A DNA stretch of 64,000 nt from Eledone cirrhosa. Taxonomy: Eukaryota. The stretch is taken from the NCBI GenBank assembly GCA_964016885.1, contig OZ024749.1, forward strand, positions 24,614,001 to 24,678,000, in the 5' to 3' direction. The position numbers and the translations under genes were made by a program. Shown here piece by piece: positions 29,325 through 43,400 of this stretch. Within the stretch, counting starts at the first letter, position 1; each line of letters begins with the position of its first letter. The notes beneath the pieces are model-generated. The model saw only the letters and a list, made by a program, of their open reading frames with translations. It was not told where the DNA came from and ran no database searches.

Positions 29325-29930
29325 TCGGGCTGTGTGTTAGTTTACAAACAAACAAACCGAGCATTATATTAATGTTCGGTAAACCAATACGTGCATATAT
29401 ATATATATGTGTGCATGTATGTATATATATACATACTACTGTACATCTGTATACATATATGTATGTACGTATACATACATACTTACATTTAATAAGTGCC
29501 GTACTAAGAGTGAGAAATGAAATTTCGTTTCATTCTATTCCATTTATCGTTTTCGGTGTGCCCGGCCGACTGAACTCACTCGATATGCAAATTAGGCTGC
29601 TCAGCCGTTAATATGCATAAAGAAAGTAGATAATTTCAGACGTTCAACCATCTGGCAGGAAGGTATACGATGCTGACGATAGTTAATAAACTTGAAACTA
29701 GTACATCGTTCCTGTGTTAGTATTGAACAAAAAGGTGACCTGATTGCCTAAACTCTGTACGGCGTAATTCGGACTGTCTGTTTGTTTACAAACAAACAAA
29801 CCGAGCATTATAATAAACGTTCGGTAAACCGATATGTGCATATATATATATGTGTGCATGTATGTATATATATACATACTACTGTACGTCTGTATACATA
29901 TATGTATGTACGTATACATACATACATACC
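29325..29930 (+). mobile_element. HHR-containing ~445-bp-unit repeat (~1.4 units), same family as the 472-bp array
   Basis: tttacaaacaaacaaaccgagcattat repeats at about 29341 and 29786. Confidence 0.8.
29667..29709 (+). ncRNA. Type I hammerhead ribozyme
   Basis: ACGATG-CTGACGA-T-AGT-TAATAA-ACT-T-GAAA-CTAG-TA-CATCGT; compensatory stem II change relative to the other copies. Confidence 0.85.
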
Positions 29931-29955
29931 TATATATATATACATATATATATAC

Positions 29956-30038
<83 letters not shown>

Positions 30039-30226
30039 CATATATATATATATATATATATACATTTAGAAACACACAGATACATGCGGACACACACATA
30101 TATACATGAATGCATCCGCACCCAACTGTGAGTTAAGGGTGCCAACTTCACCGATGTTGCTCAATGAATGACTGGGACAGACCAATTCAGTTTGAACCAG
30201 ACTGAACCAGTATCAGAGTTAAAAAT

Positions 30227-30632
30227 ACATTATGAAGAGAGAAGAAACATTTAGATATAATTAGTAATAAAATGTATCATACCTAAACTGTTCCTAAATT
30301 CCTCGACTACGTAGTTTCGTGGCATAAACAAAAACAATATATCAAAGATATAGAGTCCTTGCGAGGCTTAGCTCTGTTTCTCGACTGTTATATCGCGTGA
30401 CTATCTCCTCCTCCGCCTTTTGGGATTCTTTCTCACGTCGTGTAGACGTGTTCTTGAGACTAGTAAAATGAGGTATCCTCTTGATAAGTCGGCAGACCTC
30501 GCAAGGACTCTATATCTTTGATATATTGTTTTTGTTTATGCCACGAAACTACGTAGTCGAGGAATTTAGGAACAGTTTAGGTATGATACATTTTATTACT
30601 AATTATATCTAAATGTTTCTTCTCTCTTCATA

Positions 30633-30638
<6 letters not shown>
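30227..30638. repeat. ~140-bp perfect inverted repeat (30227-30366 / 30497-30638)
   Basis: Arms are reverse complements; the right arm ends in (TA)n. Confidence 0.9.
30476..30563 (+). ncRNA. Type I hammerhead, U3-A8 variant with extended stem II
   Basis: TCCTC-TTGATAA-GTCGGCA...TGCCAC-GAAA-CTACGTAG-TC-GAGGA; palindromic stem III ACTACGTAGT, GUC cleavage triplet. Confidence 0.75.
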
Positions 30639-30670
<32 letters not shown>

Positions 30671-30687
30671 ACATATATATATATATA

Positions 30688-30789
<102 letters not shown>

Positions 30790-31480
30790 GTATGTATGTA
30801 AGCAAGTAGTAACACAACAGTTAGTTCACCATACCGCGTACAATTGTTTCACCTTAGCGGATCTTCAGCTCGCACTGATCTTTATTATACGGAACAGGAA
30901 GAACAACAGTATGAATACCGGAAAGGTATTCGAGTTGATTAGAAAATTAAGAAAATTAGAATGTAGTTATACAAGCGGTGTTTCCAGACGTTTGGACAAC
31001 TTGAGAAGATTTCGTTTCTTGAATTTATGCAATCGATATTGCGTAATCTGTTTAGAATATTTATCCTTTCTTCAATACACAGTCCACAAGAAGGATTGCC
31101 TCTTGCTTATGGCTTGGACTTAGTGATGGCTTTCCATTGAATGGAGTACTCTATACTTAAGTCCTTGAAGGACCATACGTGGCTTGAGAGTTTCGTGGAT
31201 GATCATTTGTCTTGGTAGCGAAAGGTCCACTGATGGTTCAGGAAGCCTTCCTTAAATCGGCCCTCCGCCATACCCACATAGGATTTGACTTCCTGTGGTT
31301 GATTTAGAAATGACCACAGCTTCATAAACTACAGTGGGTGTGGGTGTGCTGCATTGCTGTTGTAGAGTACAAGCTTCAGGTTTTCAGCAAGAGCATCATG
31401 GTGATGTGCAGCTCTTAGGACGGTTGGTAATGTGGGCCTTCATATTCTTAGCGCAGGAGTACCCGATGAGTTCAGGGCCG
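30790..31480 (-). mobile_element. 3' fragment of a second Naiad-like Penelope element (GIY-YIG pseudogene)
   Basis: Minus strand: IGYSCAKNMK...VVYEA...SYVGMAEGRFKE..NHQWTFRY...TKLSSHVWS...CGLCIEE...[10 protein letters not shown], with stop codons. Confidence 0.85.
30833..30873 (-). ncRNA. Type I hammerhead in the Naiad-like 3' region
   Basis: Minus strand: GCGAG-CTGAAGA-T-CC-GCTAA-GG-T-GAAA-CAATTG-TA-CGCGG; stem I imperfect. Confidence 0.65.
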
Positions 31481-31494
31481 ATATATATATGTAA

Positions 31495-33042
31495 TCTATA
31501 TATATAAAAGTTAGGATGTCTGTCTGTATGTGTCTGAGTTTGAATCCCTAAAACTAGAGAGCACTCAAACGACTGTTTTCAAACATTACACATGTAATAC
31601 TTGTGTTTCAGAGAGTGTTCTGAGCAAAAACAATTACAAGTTTTCAATGACCTCGGGACCGCATAATCCATTTAGCGATCTCTCTCTATAATTCTTAGTC
31701 TTTCTCTTTTTAGATAGATACATACGTATAACGTCGCGCCCTTATAATATCTGTATGTGTGGCTGTCTGCATTACGTAACTTCCCACAATTCCCTCTTCG
31801 TCCAGAACGCGCCCTTATAATATCTGTCTGTATGTCTGATTGTCTGCATCGCACTCGGCGCGTCAATGTATTGCTGTTAAACGGATCGCGAACGCATTCT
31901 GATTCATTCTCGAGGCTACCAGTGGAAGCAACTGTAACACCCTCCAAGTGTCAGAGAATCAGTCAAAGTCACTATTAAGGGTAACTATTAAGGGTAACTA
32001 TTTAGGGCCACCACTTGAAATTGTTGATGATTACCACTCCTTACTGAGGGGTCAGTGAACGGTTTATAGGGCCCTTTTAAGGGTACTTGAAACAGCTGAT
32101 GGCGAACCTTTCGTTTAGGGCTGATGTGAACACGCACACGCCTCGGGGCCCATTTCATTACACCATTCGTCTTTAAATTTGTTAAATTATACGCACAGTT
32201 TGGTAAACATTTGTCCAGTTGCGTTTACTTACTAAGGTGCGGTGGACTACTTCGAGCAGGCTCCACATGCTGTCCGATTGGACGCAATACCTTGCTCAAG
32301 CATTGCAGCATTCCCTCTGACATAAGTGGTGACATCTGTCCTGCTGACTCATGCCACTTTATTAAAGTACAAACGCACCAAGCCGATTTTCTCCACGTAG
32401 AAGGAGAAGCATACCCAATACTAATTGCATCATAGCATTCGATTTATTTTCTTTACATATTGTCCAGGCATGCAGTTTTTCCACGATTAGGTCTGTTGGC
32501 GGCCCGCATTCTGTTTCAGGGAGTGTTATGCACATAACAAATTCAACTTTTTGATCCTCTAGGGCCCGCATTAGGTGAAAAACTGCGTTTTTTCAGCTTT
32601 TAAGGGTTATTTTGAGGCGTTACGTCAGATCGATTTCCTTGAAATTGTCACTATGTATTATTCAGTCTCGTCTTCATACCGTGAGCAAAGAAAATCAAAC
32701 TTTTTTATGGCCTAGGGCTCGCATTAGGTGAAAAACTTCTTTTTTTTCAGCTTTTTAAGGCTTATTTTAGGTGTTACGTCTAGCCGATTTCCCCGAAATT
32801 TCAAGGCATATTATGCACATAAAAATAAATTCATTTTCTTGATCCGCTAGGGCCCGTATTAGGTGAAAACCTGCATTTTTCCTGCTTCATCGAGGAAAAT
32901 CTTAAAGATTATCCAGCCATCAGAGTATTCGGTTTATTTTCTTTACATATTGTCCAGGCATGCAGTTTTTCCACGATTAGGTCTGTTAGTGGCCCGCGTT
33001 ACAAAATACCTTATCCCGTGCAACGCCGGGTACCACTGCTAG
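31495..33042 (+). mobile_element. Non-autonomous Helitron
   Basis: Begins A|TC (tctatatatataaaa); ends with hairpin cccgtgcaacgccggg then CTAG|T; internal repeats of agggcccgcattaggtgaaaa (three variant copies). Confidence 0.8.
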
Positions 33043-34473
33043 TTATATATAATTGTAGAAAACATTCAAGTGAGGTATGTAGCCACACTCCTCTCCCTTA
33101 AATAATATTCAACATTTAATCACTTTTTGGACGTGTTTCTTATAAAACACATTCCATTTCAATTAAATAATTATGTATTTGGCTAGGTTATCTAATGTTA
33201 TTTATATATTTACTAATTTTGTAACATAAACACTTGTCTATATATAAAATTAAAATTATCTTAGAGGATTGTAATTTAAAATAACCCTTTAAATTGAATG
33301 AATTTGTTTCATAGAACTTGAGCAATTGCTTCCGGGTTGATATATATATTATAAAAGATGAACATATGTAAATATGATTTGAATCTAGGCAGCAATAAGA
33401 ACAACTAAAATGAATTAGATTGCAAAGCTCAAATAATAAACTAGATAATAATAAAATAGATAATTAGGCCACATTAAACAATACAATTTTACTGAAATCC
33501 TTTCACCTCGAAGTAAATATAAACAAAAAGCAGATGTAATATTCACACGACCCAGTTACGTTAACTACGTGCAAATAAGTGAAATGGGTCATTTCCTATC
33601 TAAAGTAGATCGGCCTGGAAATAAACTGTTAAAATGAAAAGAACATACTTTCGTTTTCTCCGCTTCTAATAAGTTTTAAATTCAACTCAGCATTCCATTG
33701 TATATTCAAGAAATAAAGATGACATGTTTTTAGTTGAATTCGCCATTTTACTTCATTTGCTTTTTAATGTCTCCTTTAATTTCATTTCTTATGTATTTTA
33801 TAGTGAAATCGTATTTCTATTTACATTGGTGAAATATTAAACAGCTTGTAGACATTCCGCTAAAATACAGATCCAATTATCACTACGTTAAAATGCCTGC
33901 CATTCTTTTTTTCTTTTTTTTTTACTCCGTTTTCTATTTTACATTTCCTAAACACTAGACAATGATGATAATAATAATAATGATAATAATAATGATGATG
34001 ATGATGATGATGATAATAGCGACGATGTTGATGCTGATATTAGTGAGGACAATAGCAATAAAACAATAATAAGAAGACGAAGAACAATAACAGCAGCAAT
34101 GATAATAACAATATTAACAATAACATCATCAACAATAAGAAAAAAAGAATAATGCGAATGGCAATAAAGATACGAACCATTTTACAGTTATATATTTCTT
34201 GCTTTTATTTCTAAAATGCACCCCACCCCCCACCAAAAAAATTAATAGGCAACACAAATATTAAAATATTATTTTAAATATATGTTCCTCTGACAATAGC
34301 AAGTTCAAGAAAATTGGCCATCATTTAAAATTTCGAGTAATTTTCAATATTTCATTTAGAAAAATTCATATTAATTTCCTCAGGCATTCAATGTCTGCAC
34401 AATCGTATTTTTCATTGTGTATTTCTCTTTATATTTTAGTATTTACTGTTTTTATTATTACTTAGAAAGGAAT

Positions 34474-34945
34474 AGGGCGGTGGAGAGGCAGTATCGGTAG
34501 AGGGTCGGACGCCATGCTTTGCAGCATAGAGTTACGGCCCTTTATGATCTGAGGTCAAATCCCGCCTAGGTAAACTTTGTCAGGTGTTGAATTCAGAATA
34601 TTGAGGCTAAGTTAACTTTGTCTTTCATCCTTACAGGATCGATAAAAGAAAGCACCATTAACAAACTAGGGTCAATTTAATCGACATGCCCCTTCTCTCC
34701 GAAAATCATTTGCCTTGTACCTAAATCTGAAACCATTATTATGTAAAAATGCTAAGGGCGGTTAATTGGCAGTATCGGTAGAGGGTTGGACGCCATGTTT
34801 TCTAGCATAGTTACGTCCCTTTACAGTCTGAGTTCAAATCCCGCCGAGGTTAACTTTGCCTTTAATCCTTGCGGGGTCGATAAAATAAAGTACCAGTAAA
34901 GTACCAATTGCTGGCCTTGTGCCTAAAGTAGAAACAATTATTATG
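34474..34945 (+). mobile_element. Two tandem octopod-type SINEs (34474-34740, 34754-34945)
   Basis: Each starts agggcggt...ggcagtatcggtagaggg and contains gag[gt]tcaaatcccgcc.agg...tcgataaaa. Confidence 0.85.
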
Positions 34946-35783
34946 TAGAAATGCCAAATATGGGGGAAATGGTTATGGAAATTAGATGCCGGGATAAAAA
35001 TGCATGACGAAATTTAATATCAAATGTGATTTGAAATCCTTCATTTTTTTTTATTTTTGAAGGACCGGAAGAAGAGGCAGAGCGCCTTTAAAGACCATCC
35101 TCGTGATTGAAGGGATGAAATATTTCTTAATTCAGTAAAAAGCGTTTACATTACGAAAAAATTAGGATGATTCAGGACAAAAATATAGAGTGTGGTCATA
35201 TGTATGTGCATGTGTGTTTTTGAGTTGGTGTCTGTTAGATTTTAAAGATTGGTCGTAGTGCTTACTATGGGGAAAGAGTGTTTGGTTAAATCATGAAGAG
35301 TGAAAGAAGATACGAATGAGAAGGGTGTACATGACTGCAGGTAGATGGAATTCAGCTAGATCTATTGTAGGAAAGACAGAAGACGCAGATAGAAAATACA
35401 GAACTTATGTGAACCAATTAACTAAGTGGTTCTTTTATCTGAAGCCCTTCTAAAACACAAGCAACAGCAGAAGCCTGTAAGTGCTAATTTCCTGCTTATT
35501 ATAGGAAATCTGTTTCATATTATAACCATAAGATACCACGACGAATGTATTAAGGATAATACAGTGAAATATATTAGTTTAATGTTCCTTAGCCTAAGGG
35601 GGCAGAAATATTCACAATTGTAAAATACACAATATTGTTGACAATATTATAGTTGATTACAAACGTTCAAATTAGTCCAATATATTTGCAATCCTAGGGG
35701 CTTTTGTATTAACCTCTCTCCCCTCTCTTTCTAACTATCTATCTATACATCTATATTTACATTCACACACACGCATGTATATT

Positions 35784-35825
<42 letters not shown>

Positions 35826-35900
35826 ACATGAATGGACCTGTTATTTTTATCTAAAGACATTTCTTCCAATTCCACCCCGCCCGTCCCTTCAATCTATCTT

Positions 35901-35936
35901 ATTTCTGATGAAGGATTAATGTCCGAAACGTTGGAA
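35901..35936 (+). ncRNA. Minimal Penelope-type hammerhead (element about 35870-36030; related fragments at 15325-15430 and 51263-51330)
   Basis: CTGATGA-A-GGA-TTAATG-TCC-GAAA-CGTT; stem I weak. Confidence 0.55.
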
Positions 35937-36037
35937 CCCTCTTTCTGCTATTTCAAGCGTTAAACTAATACATTCCTTCCATATACTATACCGATTGTGT
36001 TGTTATTTCTGTTTAACTTTTACATACATAAATACAT

Positions 36038-36068
<31 letters not shown>

Positions 36069-36265
36069 CGGAGTGAGAGGGAGAGAGAGAGAGAGAGAGA
36101 AATTGTGTAGGTGTGGGTTTCAGTGTAAGAGAGATAGTAAGAGAGATGTACATATTTATTTACCTAGCTATGATGTGTACAAATATGTATGTCTGTCGAG
36201 AATTTTGTAAAAGCCATTCTTTTTAATGAATTCTTTGAATTGATATACACACGTAAGTAGAAATG

Positions 36266-36331
<66 letters not shown>

Positions 36332-36519
36332 TATATATTTCTTTTTTTTTCAAATAAATAACCAAAAAATATATTATATTATATTATATTATATTACTTA
36401 TAATCTTTTCAAATTGATTTTCAATTGTTTAACTCTATTGAATGAATCAATTTCCACTGTATGTTTTTATTATTTATTCTTTTTTTTAATTCTCATTCGC
36501 TTTAGATTCAAAGAATTAA

Positions 36520-36571
<52 letters not shown>

Positions 36572-37282
36572 CAACAACAATGATTTACCACATCAATAAT
36601 ATATGCATCTACATGCGCGTTTTGTGTGTGTGTATGTATGTGTACGAACGTACGTGTGTGTGAAGTATGTATATACTATTGCTGTCGTTTCTTTCAATTT
36701 TCCATTTTCTCTTTCTGCCTACTAAACAAAAACGAAATGAGCAGATTAATATTAAAAGCTTGAGCTAAGTAAAGAAACATTATTAATATAGTTGATGGAT
36801 GATAGAACCTGTATTTATGTCTGTGTGCGTATGTGTGCGTCTGTGTGTATGTGTGTCTGTGTGTGCCGGTGTGTATTTGTTTGTGTGAATGTAGGTGCCT
36901 GTGTATGAGCCTGGGTATACGTGTGGCTAGGCATCTATTTGTATGTATATGTGTGAGTACGATTCTGTAATTTTGTCTGTAATGTTTAAGGATTGTGTTT
37001 TAAAATGCTTTATCATTGTGCCGTTTATGCCTATTTATATTTTGATATATGTTCAAACCTACACTTACATCCATTAACATCCCCATATAAAGGAGTAGTT
37101 ATATTCCCATCTCATCAACCCGTTTTTCTTTTACCTTTATTTTTCAACCATCATCTTTCTCGTAATTCAAATCCCAATGAAGGACGTTGAAACATTCCAC
37201 TCAACCCTATACCGATAGAAATGTAATTGAGACGACTGCGGATTGTATGAGCGTGTTTCTTTATTCTTTTGTAATCTTGAAC

Positions 37283-37356
<74 letters not shown>

Positions 37357-37398
37357 CACAAATATGTATATACACGTATATTATATATACATATGTAC

Positions 37399-37435
<37 letters not shown>

Positions 37436-38383
37436 CGGGTTGACGGACCCAGCTTATTTATCAATGCCATTACCGGTTGTATCTCAGCGCACTCAATGGG
37501 CAATGTAAGATACATTACCAGAATATACACATAGTTATTTGCCTCAACACAACACACTTAAAACGGGTGCCTATAAGGTTCCCGGACTCGAGTTTATGCT
37601 GCACTAGTGCATCAGTAAGGTGCACTGCACCATCTGTGTGCATATATTATGCAACAATGCACAATCGGCTTATGCGGCTTCATCAGCGGGTATCGCCTAA
37701 TCAATAACCAATCGATCGACATAATCCAAACACCAGCCCATGCCGGTCATGACTGTTTGTAACAAACGACACGGTAAATAGATTAGCAACTGGCAACCGA
37801 TAGGTCTCTATCTCTCAACTAGCCACTGATTTACAAATTTTACGTGGGGACGGGAAGCTAAAAGGAATCAATCTTTCAGTTCCTGTCAGAAGCCCTCAGC
37901 CCACATGTCTCTCTCACACACAAATTATCAAGGGGTGAAAAGATGGCTATTAGGAATAGCTGTTCACATTGATATAACATTTTATGGTAGCATTCGGTTC
38001 ATGTCTCCAAGCCCCATGGCTAGAGAAAAGCGATGGTAACAATGGTAGTGCCAAGAACCTTTAACGGACTTTAAATGCTATCATCCATTATATAACAATA
38101 TATTAGCGAGCTGAAATGCGTCAGCCCCATGCGTAGATAACCAGTCTAATTCACAACTTAATATATATATATATATTTCGTTGACAAATATATCAATATG
38201 CCCAGACATGCAGATATATTGCCCTTGGTATGACAGTGTGGTTTTAGCTCAAAGTAGGATATCTAGTATATTACAGAGCCGTTATAGTTATAGGAATAAC
38301 CAAAGAGTGCTTAGTAATACATTGTTTTAAAAACAATGTATTTCTAAGCACTCTTTGATTATTCCTATAACTATATATATATA

Positions 38384-38472
<89 letters not shown>

Positions 38473-38474
<2 letters not shown>

Positions 38475-39434
38475 CGAAGGAAATGTGGTAAGGAACCAGG
38501 TGGACCATAATGCACCAAAGTACTCAATACTTAGGGTAGTAGAGTGGGTAATAGGAACAAGTAAGACCCCGACGGCTGAGCTCAAGCCGTCTCGACGGCT
38601 AATTCTGGACTGAATGAAACTTTATTCTGGTATTTAAATAGCCGAGCTTATCAAGGGGTAATTCCATATATCGTCAAAGAGATAATCACCAGGATTGGTC
38701 ACATCACAAGTTAGTAGTAAATCTGCGATGGCAAATTGGTGGGGGAAGGGGTAGCTAAACCTGCCTGTAGGAGAAAAGGGAGAGGGGGTGGAGTAGACCC
38801 ATTCATGCGTTGGTAGTGCCGACCACAGCTGGGCGTGAGGTCAAAGAGGATACTGGGGAGGGGGAGGAAGTCGAAACGGTAAGTAGAACAATGAAGGGTA
38901 AAACTATAAAAAGTACTGAGAGAGAAAAAAAAATAAGCAAGGTCTGGTTACTAAGACTTAAGTCTATCGCTATTGCTAGGCTAAAGAAATAAATAAATAA
39001 ACAAATAAGTGAATAAAAGAATAGATAAATAAAGAAAAAAATATAATGAAGAATAAAAATAAATAATAATAATAAAAATAAACTAGGTGGGACGGAAATA
39101 AAGGGCCCCTTATACGAGGTATAAGTGCGTGTATCGTACGGTGACGGGTCAACAAAGGGGGGGGGGGGGAAATACTAATGAGACTACCACGAAATCACAG
39201 GGCCAGCAGCCACCCAGTGCAAGAAAGTAAACTAGTACTAGAATATAATTCAGGGTTCCGCAAAAAAATACTTGTGCTCACTCTAAGGGTACCGCCACGA
39301 AACAAAAAGTCTTATAAAAGCTACATGAAAGATCGTACGAAGTAAAAGTAAAGAACGGAAATGTTTTTTTGGGGTGGGGGGGTGGGGGTGGGGGTGGGGG
39401 GGTTCTGTATTAATTTTCCGTTCTTTACTTTTAC

Positions 39435-39436
<2 letters not shown>
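38473..39436 (-). mobile_element. ~960-bp non-coding (TA)n-embedded element with a hammerhead
   Basis: Bounded by (TA)n; left end homologous to 27784-27912 and 15205-15325. Confidence 0.6.
38566..38659 (-). ncRNA. Type I hammerhead, U3-A8 variant, extended stem II (this copy has GAAA mutated to GAGA)
   Basis: Minus strand: ACCCC-TTGATAA-GCTCGGCTA...TAGCCGTC-GAGA-CGGC-TTGAGCTCA-GCCG-TC-GGGGT. Confidence 0.65.
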
Positions 39437-39465
<29 letters not shown>

Positions 39466-39508
39466 TTACACAAATATATATACACGCATATTATATATAT
39501 ATATATAT

Positions 39509-39684
39509 AGGTATTCGAAATATAATAAGTGAATGTAATAGATAAAATCCATGGGGCTGAAAATCAAAGACCCGAGGACGACCGACATCCAGCATCTTCC
39601 ATCTTTGCCGGTCGCCCTCGAGTCTTTGATTTTCAGCCCCATGGATTTTATCTATTACATTCAATTATTATATTTCGAATACCT
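39509..39684. repeat. ~75-bp inverted repeat directly upstream of a hammerhead
   Basis: aggtattcgaaatataat...gacgaccg versus cggtcgccc...attatatttcgaatacct. Confidence 0.85.
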
Positions 39685-39736
39685 GATGATATCACCGGAT
39701 TCATACGGAACCCGGTCATTGAAATGATCATAGTAT
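39679..39736 (+). ncRNA. Type I hammerhead ribozyme
   Basis: ATAC-CTGATGA-TATC-ACCGG-ATTCATACGGAAC-CCGGT-CATT-GAAA-TGATCA-TA-GTAT; palindromic stem III ATGATCAT. Confidence 0.75.
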
Positions 39737-39935
39737 AATAAACCTTTCAAGGATTTACACAAGGCCAGCCTCCTGTCATTTCATTACAATATTTAACTCC
39801 GTACTAGCACCACCAACTACAAAAACAAAGACGGTTGAACTGCTGTACGTTGAGTACTCTCCATATTATTACATTGAGATTGACCATACGGAATTGACCA
39901 GCTCTATCCAGTGGTGAACCTCAAACCTGAATATA

Positions 39936-40046
<111 letters not shown>

Positions 40047-40785
40047 TATGAGATTGGAAATAGCACTGAAAATATATTTAAGTGTCCGTTTTTCTTCTTC
40101 CCTTTCTTTGATTCGTCAAAGTGGCATTATTGAAAAAATGAGAGGGGCAATTCTTTTAAAAAAGGGTTTTATAATGTATATAAAGTATTACCGGTTTCTA
40201 TGTATTAGTAAAATTCATCTTATCAAATGTTGTGTATGACAATTAAAAAGAATTAATACGGATTAAAATTTAAAAATTAAAGATTTAAAATTGTGTTGAG
40301 GTAAAATGTTCATCTTCCGTGTTGAGAAAGAGACTGTAAAATGAACTCTTGTGTATAGAGAGAGATGTGGTAGTAACAGCCGAAATGTTGGTAGTTGTAT
40401 TTGTTCACGATGTATGTGTGTATGCTTGTTCGTTTTCAGGGGGCGGTAGGTGCATTTCTTTGTTTAAGTAGATATTCATGTTCAAATGTTCAAGCAAAAA
40501 TAATGTTTCTTTTGATGTAGAGGGAAGTAATGTATGTGATATAATATTTGACATATCTAATCTTTCAACCACCGATACACATCTTCCACGCCCAGCACTC
40601 AAGTGTTTTATTCTTCTGTTCCTTGTCTGTCCCTAGAATTAAATATAAACCCTTTTTGATACTTTTAAACAATACGTTTGATAACATCAAGTTTTCATTA
40701 CGACCAATCATAAAATGTAGACAAGAGTCGCTTTTAAATGGTTTGTTGAACAGTAGTTGTTTTGCGTAATTATTAATCTCTAATC

Positions 40786-40950
40786 CAGGGCGGTGGATTG
40801 GCAGTATTGGTTGAGGGTCGGACGCCATGCTTTGCAGCTTAGAGTTATGGCCCTTTATTATCTGAGTTCAAATCTCGCCGAGGTTAACTAACTTTGCCTT
40901 TCATCCTTCAGGGTCGATAAAATAAAGTACCACTCACGCACTGGGATCAA
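40786..40950 (+). mobile_element. Octopod-type SINE
   Basis: agggcggtggattggcagtattgg...gagttcaaatctcgccgagg...gtcgataaaataaagtacc. Confidence 0.8.
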
Positions 40951-41012
40951 TTTATCCTCTATATCATTATCACATCCTCTCTCTTACCACTGTCTCTTTC
41001 TCTCCTTCTCCC

Positions 41013-41052
<40 letters not shown>

Positions 41053-41189
41053 CTATAGGAGAATTTGGCTGTGTTCAGACATGCAGAGTGAAGAGTCACC
41101 ATGAGGATTTAAATGCTCAAATCACTGTATGTCACTAACTTTTCCTTACGTCTACGTCATGAATTATGAATGCTTAAACTTAACTAAAA

Positions 41190-41320
41190 TGCGAGAATTA
41201 GCAGATTCGTTAGGATTTGCATTATTCTTTACGGCTCTCTGCTATTTGAGTTCAAATCACGCTGGCGGCCAACTTTGCCTTTCATCCTTACTAGGTCGAT
41301 AAAAAATTACCAGTGGTCGA
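41190..41320 (+). mobile_element. Degenerate octopod-type SINE
   Basis: gagttcaaatcacgc...aactttgcctttcatccttactaggtcgataaaa. Confidence 0.65.
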
Positions 41321-42209
41321 TACTTCTATATTTTTCTAACAATTCCATTCACTCGCTCACTATCGTCTCTGGAAGAAATATGTTGTATTCAGACCTATAG
41401 AGCAGATGGGCTCCGTCAAGTTTTTAGAAAAAAAGGCCCTAAAAACGCCGTATCTCAATACAGTGCTCCTACGATTTATTCAAGAGTTACGGGACCAAAT
41501 ATAATATAACTTAAATAATTAAATAGAGTAACAGTCTTGGTTGGTAGATTGAGGGAATCGTTCGGATGTTGGGTGTGATGCATTTTAGCGTTCGTTCCAC
41601 CCCTTTAAGTTCTTATTTAAAATTTCACACTAAGCTCCTTAACAGACATAATCCGTCAAGGTTTTTTAATACTACCACCACGAGATTCTTTAGTGACATT
41701 ATGGGAAATAATTCTGTTGCAAATATTCTCGCTCTATCTCCGGTTTTAGGTGCGGTCCGCTCGCCTTGCTGCCGAAACATCACTTGTATAAACGGAGATC
41801 ATGGGCGGTGCACATCTTTCTACATTTGCCGTAAACGAAATAAATCTCATCTACGAAGGAGAAAAGAGTTTTAACATATAGATGTTAATCTTGCGCATTA
41901 TACACACACGTAAACGCACAAATATCCATCAGACTATAACCTTATTTTCCATTTATATTTTGCATTAGAATATATTTCTGATTCTGATTAGAGACTGCAC
42001 GCGATGGATTGTATATGCTAGCGTTTGTCAGATCTCCTCTAATTACATACACTCATTCAACGGACTTTAAAATTTGTTTTTGTCGGTGATAAAAGATTCA
42101 TGGCATCATCTCATCGGATCACCAATAATTTTGAAATGTAGAATTTGTTTTATTTTTAGAGTGGCCTAATCAAAACAAACATGTTTCGGAAACCACTTTA
42201 CACACACAT

Positions 42210-42285
<76 letters not shown>

Positions 42286-42314
42286 TTATGTGTGTATATA
42301 TATATATATATGCG

Positions 42315-42393
<79 letters not shown>

Positions 42394-42491
42394 GTGTATA
42401 TATATATATATATATACATATACGCATATATATATATATATATATACACATACACGTATATATATATATATATACATATACACACACACAC

Positions 42492-42524
<33 letters not shown>

Positions 42525-42986
42525 TACATATGTATATACATTCACATATTTCTCTAACATCTATTTCGTTTCGAATGTGAATCAGCTGTATCATCTCCCA
42601 TTTACATTAAATACAATACAACTCTTGTGTATAAAAGATAAAAAGGGGCTAAACTGCATAAATATGAAGATAACGTTATAAATAAAAGGTTTTATTTAAA
42701 ACGCCAAACAAAACATAACCGCAATTTATCTATTCTACACAATTCTATGCGTTTGTTTATAAACAAAATAACGCTTTTGCGTTTCTTCTAGTGATAACAC
42801 AATAAACAGGAAAATAGAAAATATAGGCGGTGTGTGATACTTGTGTATATATAAATATATGCATACATACACACACTCAAACTTATATATGAACACTCAC
42901 AGACACACGAATATATATATATATATGTATATATAATTATAAAAGCACATATTTTTATATACATGGATATCTATCTATCCCTACAT

Positions 42987-43049
<63 letters not shown>

Positions 43050-43063
43050 CATATGTGTGTGTG

Positions 43064-43123
<60 letters not shown>

Positions 43124-43140
43124 TGTAGAAGTTATATTTA

Positions 43141-43183
<43 letters not shown>

Positions 43184-43197
43184 CATATGTGTGTGTG

Positions 43198-43251
<54 letters not shown>

Positions 43252-43271
43252 GAAGTTATATTTAATGTGTG

Positions 43272-43315
<44 letters not shown>

Positions 43316-43400
43316 GAAGTTATATTTAATTTGGAGGGATACAACAGGCAAATATATTTATAACTGACATAAAGCACTCAACAAATTATTGGAGTAAAAA

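Noticed and set aside
37430-37695. CTGATGAAGC on the minus strand of the (TA)n-bounded 37.4-38.2 kb element
   Set aside because: Could not build stem III, the NUH triplet and stem I convincingly.
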